From Antedon mediterranea (taxonomy: Eukaryota; Animalia; Echinodermata): a DNA stretch of 64,000 bases. Under the pieces are notes generated by a model that worked only from the letters and a program-made list of their open reading frames with translations, was not told the origin of the DNA and searched no databases. Each line of letters opens with the position of its first letter. Positions within the stretch are counted from its first letter, which is position 1. A program made the position numbers and the translations under genes. Location of the stretch: positions 22,489,432-22,553,431 of the forward strand of contig NC_092679.1 in the NCBI RefSeq assembly GCF_964355755.1, given 5' to 3'. Below are positions 37,452 to 52,500 of the stretch, piece by piece.

Positions 37452-39648
37452 TTAAGAACTACTAATGTAAACTTAACTTTTTCAACAAATTTTTGCTGCA
37501 AGTAATATTATTATTATATATAATATTTAATGTTTTTAAGGTTTTTTAAGTAGACTAAGGGGTTTGTTATTGGAAAAAGAAGAAAAAAATAGAAAAATAT
37601 GACAGGTCCGTATTAAAAAATCAACATTTACGTGCATTATTTGTTCAAGTTTTTTAACATTGATTATAATTATTTTAGTAATTGTGTTCATAACACAAAC
37701 GTAAGAATATCATATTGTTTTGTCATTACATATTTTTTATTTAGGTTTTTTTAAAGTTTACAATATCAAATATGTTTTTTGATAATTGTATTATATTTTT
37801 TTCCAAATGGAAGTACGGCAATGGCTTGCTTTGATAGTTTAAATATGTTTTGGAATAAAATAAAATGATGCAAATTGTATATGGTTACTGTATAATGTTT
37901 AAAATGTGTTTATATTCTTATCACTAGTCAAAAAAGGGGGAGGGGGGGGGGGGGGAAACAACCCAACCTAAATCTACTTCTGAAATTTCTTAACCAGGAG
38001 TAGAAAGGAGACACCTACACGACCCAACATACAGAATAGTGACCCCTTAATTACAGCGCTCCTTGTTCACACACGCAGTAAATTTCCCTTGTTCGTTATA
38101 AACAAGCAATTATCTCATTGATCAGAATATCCCCTATACTGTATTAAAACCAAGTTGTTTACTATTTCTTTGAACAGTGGAACCCCTTAAGGCACAGTCT
38201 TAAGTTTTTACTTAATATTAGGAAACAGATAAATATTTTGGCACATATGGCGTTTCATACGTATACTACTTAAGCTTGTGTATTTCAGACAAAAATCAAA
38301 ATAACTAGAATTGGGGAAAGTCTAGGAATGCTTGTGTAAGAAGAGGCTGTCCTATTAGTAGAAAGCATCGGTTCAATTCCCAAGTAGGAACAACAATAAC
38401 TGAATGGCGGATGGATAGAAGATAGATGGATTACAGAACAGAAAACGAACAGAATAGATACAAAGGAAGTCTTTATTAACGTTATCACTATTTACAAAAG
38501 TATTTAATTTAATTCCCTGCTCACAATATTTTCAAAAGAAACTGCCCATAAAAATAAATGAAATAGAAAATTTAATTTTCATAGGTGCTTTTAAAAGCAT
38601 AACTACTCCTTGCATTTGATTTATTTTTTTTTGTACTTATCTTTTAAAATTATATACAGTGCATAGTTTTTTTAGTACTACCGTATTCCCTAGTGTGTTT
38701 GTAAAAATTGGGCTTTCTTGGGAATACTGTACAATCAACTACAAGGCCACTAAACATTACAAAAACTTTCATTGTTATAAATATTTTAAATAGAAAGTGA
38801 AATTTTAAAGCAGCATTTGAGACATGAGATGAGATAGTGGTGTAGTAAAATAGATCAATCCATAAGTTGGGAGGGGGGAGATTTGAAATGCTTGTATATT
38901 TACTTGCAATGATGTAACGCAGACGTTTGGAGCCCCTGGTTTAGAGACCCTAAGTGGCCCCAATGCTAGGAGCTTGGACATTTTTTGCCTTTTTCAACAT
39001 ATTTTAATGCAGGTTCTTTCCTCTGGGCTCCAAGGTCAGCTCTGAGACCCCTGTAAGTTCTGGGGCTGCTGGGTTTAGCCAGTGAGAGCTCATATCCCTT
39101 GAAACTTTGCCAAACGGTTACATAATTATGTCTTAAACAATCTGACATACATTATGTTGATTAAACAATACTTATACTGTGACATTACAATAAAGCATTT
39201 CAAAATAAATATAGAAAGTAACTACATAAAATATAGAGGCAAGACAAATATGTCAATTAAAGATGTCCCCTAAAAAATGACCAATCATAAAAGAGTTAGT
39301 TTAAAAAAAAAAGATTTCTCTGAATATTCTTACAATAATGAGTACTCTAATAAATTTGCCATTTTCAGGGGACAAACCATCATTTATGAAAATCAGAAAA
39401 TTAGTGTTTTGCAACAAACGTTTTGCTATGCTTAGATTTATTTAACTAATAATACGGTATTAATTTACATTTAAATAATCAAGAACTGTAAGTTTTTTAT
39501 TTATACTGTATTATCTATTCTAGTCTGTAGATACAAGACAATAAAACAGACAATACACAGATGGATAAGGAACATCCTTAGGGCACGACCTTTGTGCAAC
39601 GTGAGGTATAAATTCTTTGGAATGTTAAGTTACAACTCTGTAATCTAA

Positions 39649-39808
39649 AGCACAGTCTACACTATCAAACTTTATGTGACAAAAAAAATGTGATGTGTCA
39701 ATATATGGACATGATGATGTCATCACTAGCATATTTGGGCATATCACCACCATATTTGGGCACATCACACTTTTTTTGTCAAACTAGTTTGATAGTGTAG
39801 TCAGAGCT
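39649..39808. mobile_element. Family-A MITE
   Basis: TIRs as at 2891. Internal CATATTTGGGCATATCACCACCATATTTGGGC duplication. Confidence 0.85.
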
Positions 39809-40545
39809 TTATTTCATTTTCCCCTCCTTTCAATCTTCTTCACACTCCATGAAGTGAAACAAAATTTATAAACTTGGCTATTGACACCTGTGACCCGATA
39901 TCAACGCGTCTCAATGGTTGCAATGAAATCAATACAGAACCCCCTCCTTTGCGACGCCCTTATTTTAGGGGACAGCCCTTATGGGGACACTTTCCTGATT
40001 AACAAAAAAGGGAAAATTTATGTTTAACACTACAACCAACCATTAATCAGGGGACTCCTCTATTAAGGCGACACTACTGGGTCCCAAATGTGACCCCTGA
40101 ATAATGTTATACTGAATTTAGTTGTGTTACAGAAAGCTTGGATATTAACCTTGTGACCTAATTTCAACATGGCTCTTCAATAGTTGTGATTTCATTATTA
40201 GCCACATGTTTCAAGGAGTCATTAGCACTCTTGCAACTGGGAAAACACCTATTCCTGCAACTCAGACAGTTGCAGTGAAAATAGCAGAGTTGCAAGTTTT
40301 CTGGCGCTATACAATTGTGGTTGCACGTCAACATTAGTCATGGAAGTTGAGTTGCAAGACACTAAATGTTTGGAGTTGCAAGACACTAAATGTTTGGAAT
40401 TGCTTTATAAGCAAAAACATTTTTTTAAATTGGAATCATCGATATAAATATAAACATTATACTGAAACAAATTACTCTAAGTTTATTCATTTAAGTATTT
40501 TATCATTATGTTTGGTATGCTATTTTAAAATTTATCAAAAAAATA

Positions 40546-43500
40546 TCACAACCGACGAGGCCGTTTGCTCGCTGAACTAGGGTCCGTTTCAGTCGACTCG
40601 CGTTTACTACTAGACACTTTTAGACCGACCTCTTTTAATCGTTTCTCGAAAAATTGAGAAACGATACGGCTCCTCTTGTACTCGTCTGTCCACGATTGGT
40701 TGTACTGTTCGCAGTTTGTGAATATTAGGCGTACATCTGCGATGAATTCTGTCGGGTTTGTGTATTGGAACAACTTGAATTTGTCGCAGATTACGGGGAA
40801 GCACATCGGACGTTTGATGATCTTGTAGTAATCTGGCGTCTGGGATGAGATAAATTCATATTTAATGGGAAATAATATATTATCAAAGATCCAAAGGTCC
40901 ATTATGTTCACTCATGCATGTATTACACCCTGATAACTTAATCTACACTGTGAGCATTGCATGTATTACACCCTGATAACTTAATCTACACTGTGAGCAT
41001 TGTCCCCTCACCACTGTATCGTTAACATAGGGAGTGTGGCAATGAGATGTAGACAATGGCAATATGTTTCTAATATATGAAGCTAATTTGCATATACAGG
41101 TGTAATCAAATGCATATAAGGCTACACATTACAGATGCAGTGGCAGATATATCAATTTGAAATAGGAGGGGTGTTGAAACTAAGGCTAAGACACTAAATA
41201 AAATATTATAATAATTTTCCTTAACTTACACTTTTCTTGCTGACCGCTACCATAAATGGTCCAGCATCTTGATGTTTGCGAAGTTCTCCAAACAACTGTT
41301 CGCACAGCTTCATTTGTTGCGAGTCCTCGTTACCACGGCGACCAACTGACAATCGACGAGGTGGTGGAGTAGTATTTTCAGAGTCAGAATCTACAATGAT
41401 ATTGAAATAAATAATTCACGAGTATGCGGTTTGTGCTTTCTTCTATCCTATTAAACCCATGTAATGCCGTTGGCACAAATCAAAATATGACAATCTAGAT
41501 AGATAGGGAATTTCCATAGACATACTGTTGTAAGAACTAGATGACAGAAAAGAAAGAAATATATCTCTAGAAATTACAACCTTTGTTATTTTATCTTGCT
41601 GTGAGATGGGTACATTTTTAGTATGACAGAATGAGATGGTCCTACCTGTACATAAAGATTATGGTGTGTGGAAACTCCATACACTCTTCAGGGTTGTAAA
41701 GGGACTTCTAAGAAGTGGTAAGTGAAAATTAAGCAATATTAAAGGAACTTTGGACTTACCGTCTGTACTGGATGCTGCTCTACTGGATACAGCACTGGCT
41801 CCATTCACTATTTTCTTGTTTTTATCTTCACTCTTTTTCCTCTTATCAGTTTTCTTAGATTTATCTGGAACGTTAGACAACGCTCTAGACGACACCTTTC
41901 GTTTTTTAGCGCTACCTTTCTTTGAGCTTTTCTGGGCGCTACCAGAAAATGACTGATCAGACTCAGTCTCAATCAGACTAGACCGCCGCGTGTGACGAAG
42001 AGGTCTTGCGGGTGTTTCGTCATCGCTCGATTCAGCAGCAGCTGCAAATTTCTTTGACATATTCCGTCCTACTCGCTTCTTTTCCTGAGGTGTACACTCA
42101 TCGGCTGACCTTTCCGAGCCGGTTGATTCACGACGACGTATTCGTGCATTAGCGCGGGTACTACGTGAAGAACTGGGACAGAAACTGCTGTCGGAATCGC
42201 TGCCCGTCTCAACCTGGCTTAGTACACGTAAGTTGAATGCCTTTGGTTTGCCTTTAGCTGGAAAATAAGATTTTTTTTAAACCGCGATTATTATTACATT
42301 TATTAGCATTATTAGCAAGTATTTGATGAGAGATTATTAAAGCTTTCTGTCCACACTATCAAACTTTATGTGACAAAAAAATGTGCTGTGCCCATATATG
42401 GACACGATGATGTCATTTTACAATCATATTTGGACACATCACACTTCTTTGTCAAACTAGTTTGATAGTGTAGACAGAGTTTTACATTTTAGTTATCTAG
42501 CTTTCTTGTGAATATTTAGATGGTTACATTTTAATATATCTATCTTTTGTACAACACATAAACATTTTAAATCTTCAAAACTAAAATACTAACTTTTACT
42601 TTTAGCTTCTCCTTTGCCTTTTGAGGTGGAAGGCCTCTTTCTCTTGCAATTTGAACAATTCCAGTCACCTTTTGGCACTTTGCTTAGTGGTGGATCTACA
42701 CATTCGAGGTGATACGCTGACGGACAGCTGTCGCAGCATATCAACTCCCCGTCATGGTGACAGACGCGACAGAGGTCTTCATGATCAGACTCTTCCTCAT
42801 CACTGCAAGAAAGAGGTCATTAAGGAATCACTCAAAAAAAAAAAGAAGTATGGTGAAAATGAATATTGAATTAAAATGAAATGAGCAGAATGGATGTTAA
42901 AATGATCGTGAAATATACAAATAATGAATACGAGTTGAATGAGAATATTTCAATAATGTGGATGCGGAGAACAACAGTTAAGGCCAATTTACACAGATGA
43001 GCGTTAAAGTGGAAAACCATGTGCTTGTCTCATATGGAATCTATATCTCTTTCCTGAGCGAGTTGCGCTTGTTTTTTTACTTGTTTCCATGGTTTAGTGC
43101 TTATCGTTACCCTTGTTTGTGTAAATTAGCCTTTATACTGTACATACTGGTCACAGTGTGTTGCAATGAATGTTTACACAAAAACCTGAACGTTCAGTTG
43201 ATAGCATTAAAAAAGCACCGTCTATATTACAAGAGAGTTTGCTCGTTATACAAATTGTTTTTACGGCATGCATCCATAAACATGGTTTGTAATGGCTGGG
43301 GGTAATGAAGTATCAATGTAACGGAATAGTACTGGAACTGCCCTTGGAGTTGCAGGTAATGGGGTATCAAATGGAATTGTACTGGGAAGGTTTTTAACTA
43401 CATTTGAACTGCTCTGGGAGGGGTTGCAGGTAATGGGGTATCCAGAGGACTGAAATTGTACTGGGGAGGTTTTAAAAACAAAAACCTGGAGTGGTGGAGT

Positions 43501-46500
43501 TGGTAGTTCCTAGTTAAATATAGACAAAGATTAACATACTATGCGTTAAAATGCTATGTTAATATACACTATTTTCACAACATATATAAACATACATATA
43601 CATTCACAAGACAGATGTTTAATAGCATGCAGATATATAGAAAGAACATAAATTGTAAATAGATTACACATAACATCATGTCAACATTTATTCGTTCATT
43701 TTAATTCACAGTAAAAGAAAGTAGATTCATTCCCTAGAAGATGCGAACATTTTGAAATGGGAAAGCTAGGGAAAAGGGACGAAAGACGCAACAACAAAAG
43801 TTGAAAAGAAAGAAACAAAAGGAAAGCAAAAGAAAGAAAAATTTTGACATTTTGTAATTTTTCATGCAGACAGACTAATGACCAATGATTTCGATCACAT
43901 CTCTGCAATTTATTATATAAACCATGCAAATATCAAAAAACTTTTTACCCATTGGCCAGACATTCGGAGCAGACCCACTCCACCGTCGCGGAACCCGACG
44001 GCAGATCAAGGCATTCAGAATGGTAAGCGGATGGACAGTTATCGCAATAAATTAACTTTCCCCCGTGCCCGCAGTCACGACAGACGGCATCGTGCCACCC
44101 GTCCTCTTTAAAGATGATTTCATCGTCACTGAAAGATTACAAGATTAACAATCAACAGAAACAAAAGATTTTTAACATTTACTTCAAACGGACATGAAAT
44201 GGATTTTTTATTTGTAAGTCAATGGTACAATCAATTAACGACACACACAGATAAGGTCAATCTATGTGTCAAAGGTCATCGTCGTACAGTTTGGTCATCA
44301 TTTTTTTTGCAAAAACAAAAGCTTCCCATTGTTGCATGCTGACATTGTATAAAAGTAATATCACCTAATATTTTTTGTTAATAAATAATAAACTATCTTA
44401 AAAACTACCATAATATTCTGTTTCATTAATACATTCTTCAAATGAGATTTTGGGGAATATCTTGAAATTTAAAAATCATTTCATGTCCATTTATCAAAGA
44501 ACCTATTATAGTAAGACATTTGGAAAATAAGTGAATATACACAAAAACAGAGACGTTGCACATATAGGTCTCTGCTACACCTGATTCTCAGTACTGTATC
44601 TAGATTTCTCCAATATTATAGCAAAATTCTGTAATACAGCATCACATGTGTTTCACATATAGCCTAGTATCATAGACTTTAACCTAACTTTGTATGACAC
44701 AGGCACCACATGTGAAGTGAATGTTGACGGTGGCATGGTATCTAAGCAAGCATGGTTTTAGGTATACTTTGCTAATGCTATATATCTATAGTCTCTAAAT
44801 ACAACTTCAACAGAACAGCAACATGTCAAGTAAATTATTTACTTACATCAGCAATTATCAAACATATTATATCAACTTTTTAGCAACATTGGTAATAAAA
44901 AATAGAGAGCATTTGAAATGTGGAGGGCTTAATTATAGAACAAGTTTGCCAAAAGTTCTAAACAAAAATGATAAATATGTTTATATTTGTACTGTATATG
45001 TATTAAATTGAAATGAAAGGTTATAGTTACCTGTCTTGTGCAATGGCAGCAGAAGTCATTTCTGTGTCCTCTTCCTCCTCCTGCTCATCCTCCTCTTCAC
45101 TGGCATCATCCTCATCTTCCTCACTCTCTTCTTCTTCTTCACTTTCTTCTTCATTCTCATCTTCTTCCACTGCATCACTATCATCTTGTTCTTCCTCTTC
45201 CTCTTCGCTATCTGATTCCACTTTCTCTGTCCTACTGTCAACAGTTGATCTGCGTCTTCTAGGACTCCTTAAGACTTCTTTTGGCGTACAGTCCTTGCAG
45301 TACCAGTCACCTTTTGGCACATTCTGGTAACCAAAACAAACAACTATATTTAGAGTCATGAATATTTATCTATCGAGGTAGTATATGTACTTCATATGAA
45401 TGGAAGAATTTTGAATGGAATATTAAGCAGATACTGAAGAGAGCAAGTATACCTTAAGTGGCGGTTTCAGACAATACATATGGTGCCCTCTATCACAGCC
45501 GTCGCATAGCAACATCTGTTCCGCATTTCCTTTACATCTGCAGATCCTGCAACGAGTGTTCAGGATGGACTTGGACCAGATGATTGACCGTTCAAGAGTG
45601 GACATGTGTAGAAACACCTGCGAGAAGCTTGTGGACAGCATAAGAGATTCTTCCCAGCATTCCCTGGTTGTTTTCTTTGGTTTGTCATCTGTCAGTCATA
45701 GATTATTTAAATTAAAAGTGATTTCTGTGCCCATAAAAGCTTTCTTACTGATTACAACTACTGATTGGTCCAATGCCTCGAAACAATTTGGTAATTTTAA
45801 CGGACCTCTACAAGACCCGTAAAGATCACACTGATGCATATGCAGGTATTTTATACAGCATTTATATTAAATATTGCATGTGAAAGTATTGTCACTCGGT
45901 AAAAATATCCCAGGAAATATAATAACAATTTGCTACATATTGTAACTTTGCTGTGCGTGTGAATGAGGTCTTAGATTAAATAAATGTACAGAGCTTCAGA
46001 GCTCATTGAACTTATTTTAGTAGAATGGATTGAACAATATTGAAACGTTTCTTACCATCCTCTTCCTGTTCTTTTCTCCGTCGCTCTCTTTCTTCTTGTA
46101 GTTTCTTAGCTCTTCTTGTTGCTGAATACCCCCCTCTTGTGGGTGGCTCAGCAAAACCTATGATGAAAACAAAAAGCAGTTAATAATTATTTTCTGCAAT
46201 TATAAAGGTGTGCAATGTTGTGAAACCTCTAAGTGCTGTAAACATTATTACCCCGGTCATTTTTTTGATCAAACACATGGAAAGATACACCCATAATGCA
46301 GCTAGTAATCAGCTTTTGTGTCTTGACCTTACCAAGTACATATTGGTGGAGAAAGGCAAATGAAAGTAAAGTGTCTTGCCTATTTATTTATTTAATACCA
46401 TCTTTAATGAGGGTTGCCTATCCAGTTCTAGTAAAGGAACTGATCAAGGGCCTAAGGACAAACAATGCAACTTCATTTCTAAAGCTTTGTCTACACTATA

Positions 46501-49500
46501 AAACTTTATGTGACAAAAAAATGTGATGTGCCCATATATGTACATGATGATGTCACACTTTTTTATGTCAAACTAGTTTGATAGTGTAGACAGGGCTTAG
46601 GATTAAAATAAAATGTGTAATAGGGGGTAAATACCAAAGACCTATGTCCAGGGCATCATTTATAAGGAGGGCATCATTTATAAGGAGCGCCTGCGCGACC
46701 GCGCTCCTCAACAGGCTTCGAGGAGAGCAATTTATCGCGCTCCTTAATTTTCAAAATAGAGCCTAGCTTTTGACAGTGTTGTTTTTTCTGTCAAGAGGCC
46801 TAAAAACACGTGGATTTTTAAAAGTTAAAACCAATCTAGGCCTAGGCTAATAATATATAAGCTAAGTTATAAAGCTACAAGCCTAATGGCAGTCCCTCGT
46901 TTTTAAGGATCGCGAGCGCGATCGCAATCAACAACCTTCGAAAAGGAGAGCAATTCATCGCGCTCCATCTCACAGTGCGAGGTACCAACAAAGGGGATTC
47001 CCTTGCCTGCGCGCATTCAAGGGCGAGTTTACTTCATCGCCTCATAGAGTGCAACCAGTACGGTGTCATAGAAACACCTCCTTTACAGGAAGATCATGTC
47101 CCAACCAATAATTTTTCCCTTTATGTTTTTATGGAACGAGTTAATAAAATATATTTAATTTTAAAAGGAAACATTAATATAGGAGGCCTAAATATAATGT
47201 TTATTATTTAAAAAAGCTTAGCTGCTGGTTGCTTTAATTATGTCATTTTGAAGATGGATTATTTCTTCGAAAGTTCTAACCAATTTTGGTCACTCAAATC
47301 CTCCTCAAAACAAGTGCTGACGTGTGACGTCAGCATCTTCTAGAAGCTCTCTCAGCCCTCCCCTATATTGTGCGTGCGCCCATGTGTGACACATGTAAAC
47401 ACGATCTAGGCCTAATATCTTTCTTAATTATTTTAAAATGACACTTTGTAACTTATTATCAATATTTTAATGGCTGTTGCATGTTAGAATTGTATAATTT
47501 ATGAATTGCAGGTAAATACTTTTCAGGTTTTCTGTCTGATTTCTAGGCCAACAAGCTAGGCTAGAAAAGCTAGGCTAACTAAAGGCATTAGTTGGCCAGG
47601 ACAGGATTCTCCAGGCTCCTGAAACCCAATCTACCCAGGCCATAAAAAAAAAATTGGCTTGAGTTTTTTTACTGTAGAATAATACGATCCCCACGGAAAA
47701 TATTGTGTGTGAAGGTGGGTGTGGGGGATTTTAGGGGAGAGGTACAGTATACATTTGTTGTGCACGGCGGGGGGGGGGGGGGGTTATTTAGAAAAAATTG
47801 CCTCAGTTTTATTATTCATAAATTTGTAATATAAATCTCATACAATATTATTTATTAATAAAAGATTTATAGATTATAATATAATAGATTATTATAGCGG
47901 CAGCGTGCACTAATAATTTTTTTTTGGTAGCAAAACCAATAGAATTTAACTTTTGTGGTCAAATTCAAACATTGTAATTTTTTTACATATTTACATAAAC
48001 ATTTGAGGAGAGCGATTTAAAATTTTTGCAAGGAGAGCGAATTGCTCTCCTCGGTGATTTGAGGAGAGCGATTTGTTGCTCTCCTGGGTTTTGCATACGT
48101 GATGCCCTGTATGTCACGCAATACAATATACAGAATGAATGACCACGTACCTAGAGGTTGCATAAGGAACTTAGGTTCAACACCTTGTGAGATCTGAAGA
48201 AGAGCGCAGGCCAAGTCACGCACAACCTGGTCATTGTCAAAGATCAGTGGCGTGCCACATCTAGTGGAACACGCAGCTGGACTACTCTCTCCATTTACAG
48301 AGTTCCCTGCAGTGCCACCCTCTTCAAGTTTTAATTCAGACAACCTGTGAAAAAAATGGTTTAAAAGTAAAATTACAATTCAGGGGAACAATATATCTTT
48401 AAACCTCAATTGCAGTTTTGGAGCCATGCATTATACTATATATTATTCTACAGTGTATATTAAAAGATATCAGTACCTATCTTTGCCTTTATCTGTTATG
48501 CTCTTCTTCTCTTCTGGGATAGACAGGTCTGCCGATGACATATTCAGGAAGTCACTGCCAAGTTTAGACTTGCACCACTCTGGCCCCCATGAGATTTCCT
48601 GGCACTGCTTATCATACGAACCATGACTTATGCTATCTGTCCATACTTGACGATTCTCAACCTAAAACAATACAACTGTAATTACACATCCAAAAGAAGC
48701 CCTATTAAGGGGACATCTGTGGGACCTAGAAAAGTGTTCCTTTGTAGTGTTAAAACATATACTTCCTCACGTTCGTTTCATATGAAAGTATCCCTTAAAG
48801 TCTTCCCACTGCCACTGTATATATACAGTACACTAATCAAAATGTACCAATAAAACCCTTACATTTTTGGTACATTTTAGTCCATTTTCATAGTAATTTA
48901 ACACCAGTATAGTCCTAGGGGGCATGGGTATGATGTTTGGAGAAAATTAGGGATGGGATTATACTCAAGCATGGGATTATATTTGGGTCATATACGAAAA
49001 TTGTTTGTAAAGAGAAATAATTACCTTGCAACACCCTAACCCTCCCTGCCATATGCGATCTGCGAGCTCAAGCAACTGTTCACGTAAGCTGAGCTCGAGA
49101 GACTCGGCACCGTCCGCATTGACTGACATCAAGCCCTTCTTTCCTCCGGCTAGCTTAACGACAACCTGTTGCGGTTTCACATTCTTCTCTTCTTCATTAC
49201 CAGTATCCATACTATCGTGGTTTGAACTCATAACTTCATTCATTGGAAACGCTGGTAAATTATCAAGAATACGCTCAATCTCGCATTGGAGAGATCGTTT
49301 TAACGTTCCTTCTCGGTAACCTCGTGGGTTCAGAGTTTCTAAGAGTGTTCGGATTTCGTCGGGCTGACTGTAAAACGCCCAGCATGGATGCGACGTCTTC
49401 AACATGCAAATGTCTGGCGATAGAGGTCGTTTAACCTCTTCAATAATGCCGTTCACAATCAGTTCCTTTGCGTCTCCGCTACTCTCCATGTTTGGCGTTT

Positions 49501-52500
49501 GGTTGATGTTTTCATGACCATTAAATACAATATTTTCTTTATCACTAACAGTACAATTATCATATTCAATTCTCTTATCTGTAATATCTGTAATCTCAGT
49601 TACATTTTCTTCAAACGGATTAATCTTCGGATTCTGATTGACCGGTTGCAAGTCTAACAAATTCAAATTTTCAAAATCCGACTCGACAAATATCCCCGGT
49701 ATTGAATGGAAGACCCAAAAGCGCCGAAATATGCGATCAAGTCCCATCGGAGTGACGCTATACTTGGCAGAGTGTGTAAATAATTCGTCTCTTAAAGCTT
49801 TATTCTGTTCAATAAACACTTGTTTCGTGACAACTTCATCTTCATCGTCTTTCTTTTTCTGTTCTTCCAATTCGTCTTTCATGGCGGCGTATTCTTGCCC
49901 TAAGGTCTCGCTCAACTCTTGCGCTTCTCCCGTAGCCTTAACAAGTTTATCTTTAGCTTCTTTCAGACTAGATAACGGTAGGTCCTCATCTTCGCTGTCA
50001 TCACCACCATTTGGATTCTCATCATTTTTCAAAGATTTCACCTTGGCCAGCTGTTGTTGTTCTCTCCACTTTCTTTGTTGTTCGTTTAACAAAAGTTTCT
50101 CTTCCTGTCTTTTACGAAACCTGCAAAAACAGGAATGTTTGATACACAACACAAGTTTATTTTTAGCAACATAGAAAATGTTGTTTGATGCAATAGGCTG
50201 GTGAATAATACACTATTATTATAATTATTTTTTGCACCATGTGATTGATTGATTGAATTTTTATTGTAGTTATACCTGAGGGAGGCAACCTCATGTTCTC
50301 GTCTCTTTTCCAAACGTTGCAGTTCTTTCCATTCCTTTCGTTTCTCCTGCCACGTCTCAAAGCTCTCCTCAATCACGTCTCTAATTGTCACATACGTCAT
50401 CAGTTGCTGGCACAATGTTGATAGAATCTTCAGTTTCTCTTCTACATAAAATAATATAAATATGGTGGTGATATTGCTCAAATATGGTAGTGATATGCTC
50501 AAATATGGTGATGATATGCCCAAATATGGTAGTGATATGCCCAAATATGGTAGTGATATGCCCAAATATGGTAGTGATATGCCAAAATATGGTAGTGATA
50601 TGCAAAAATATGATAGTGATATGCCCAAATATGGTAGTGATATGCCCAAATATGGAAGTGATATGCAAGGGAAATATCTATTAAAGGGACACTTTATTGA
50701 GCCCCGAAGTTGTCCTCTTACACTAATATCATATCTCTATATATTTTTCTACATTGACTATAGTTGGTCGTGATGAAAGATGTTCCTGGGACCTTACCTG
50801 AAGTAAGATCATATAAATTTCCATGTGTCAATGTCCTCAGAATATTTGGTTCTTGCATTCTAAACTCCAGGCCCGGATCGTCATGCGGTATATAGCCTCC
50901 ACGTTGTTGATATCGCCATTTGACGTTAGCTGGGCTTGTCCTGGCTCCGGAGACTAACAAGTGAAGACGAAGTACCTCAGAACATGTGGTTGGCTCTATA
51001 GGTAGCAGTCTGAGGGTGGAACCTAAAGGTGATAAAAAGTAAATGAGTAAGTGAGGGGCAATATATGGTTTAACACTACAGAGAACCCCTATTCATGTGA
51101 TATCCCTATTAATGATACAATTGATTGTGTCTTAAAGATGTCCCCTTAATAGATGTTCTACTGTATTTAGTTGTATCATTGAAAACTTGGCTATTGACCA
51201 TTGTGACCTCAATTTAACATGGCTCTTCAGTAGTTGCAACTGAATTGATAGCCACAGGTTTCAAGGAGTTGCGAGATCTTTTAAAAACAACTAGGAAAAT
51301 GCCTATTCTTGCAACCCAAATAGTTGCAGGGAAGTGACAATACTAGTAGTTGATTACCATGATGAATTATTGGCCAGGATTGGGCAGCTGTGCTGGCTGC
51401 CGTCAGCTCAGAGTAAGTAGGATCCTCAAGAGCCTCTGTGAGGTCAACCGATGGCAGCTCCATGCCTTGCTCTTTCAGGTCAATCTTCTCGTCCTCTTCT
51501 TCATCCTCTTGCATTCTGAAGATTGCCTTCAGAAGGAACTTGACCAGTTCATAAAGAGCGCCGTCCACAGTTTTACCTAAGACAGCCTCTTCTATCATTT
51601 CTAGTTTTAAAATGGAAAATCTTCATTAAGAATAGTCTGATATATATATATATATATATTGAATATTTCATATTGAGTTGAATAGGGAGAATATTTCATG
51701 AGTTGAAAGTGGTGTAATATTGAACATGCAATGATACTGTAACATTAAATGCAGTACAACTAATTAAATTTAACAATAAAATAGTATGGATACATACGTT
51801 AATATATCCATTGACCCATTGGATCACTCTACTGTATGTTACTAATATATCTCTGTGTCTTTATTCAACAAACATAAAAAATGCAAGAAAATATAATAAT
51901 GTTGTATGTTACCTAATTTCACGCCATCTGGGTATTCTTCAGCGATATCAAGTTCCTCTCTAAACACATGCAAGAACTCCATGAGCATTAAAACATCTCC
52001 AAACAGATGATCAGGAATTTCACTCTTTACTGCAACAGGCTGAGGTAGTACCTGTAAACAACAAGAGAAAATATTGTGGAATATATTATTTGTGCTCCAC
52101 TTTAGTCTAAACTGTTGAAATGGAGAAAAAAACAGCAGTGGTAGGTTACCTTAAGATCTTCACATTCTAAATCATCTCGCGGCTTACTCCACTCTTTTAG
52201 AATCTCTTCTCTTTGACGTCGTTCTTCTTTTTTCTGCTCCCGTTCCTTAAAACAATAAAAGAACCAAGTTACCATACCACAGATCAAAAGCAGAAAACCT
52301 CAACTTCTGAATTACGTTGTAAAAGTTAAGCCAATTTCAGAGAATTATAGTATACTGGTACGCTGGATTGGTTAAAGTTTTTATATTTATTTAATAGCAA
52401 CTTGCCAATGGATAAACTATTTAATGGATAAACTATTTTATAATTTATTGTGCTTATAAACTAAGTCTCATTTGAAGCTTAGGGAGTGGAGTTGAAAAAG

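Noticed and set aside
40915-41002. 43-bp exact direct duplication; similar small duplications at about 40347 and 43330
   Set aside because: These are ordinary local slippage events with no further structure.
49026-50174. Long + strand ORFs (also 45013-45330 and 52709-53038; minus-strand 36081-36428 opposite ATG14)
   Set aside because: They are antisense shadows of BAZ1A or ATG14 coding exons.
50086-50773. Heptapeptide-repeat ORFs (GISLPYL, PKYGSDM and similar)
   Set aside because: These are translations of the 21-bp minisatellite. Only 50441-50276 and the segment below 50120 are real BAZ1A exon sequence.
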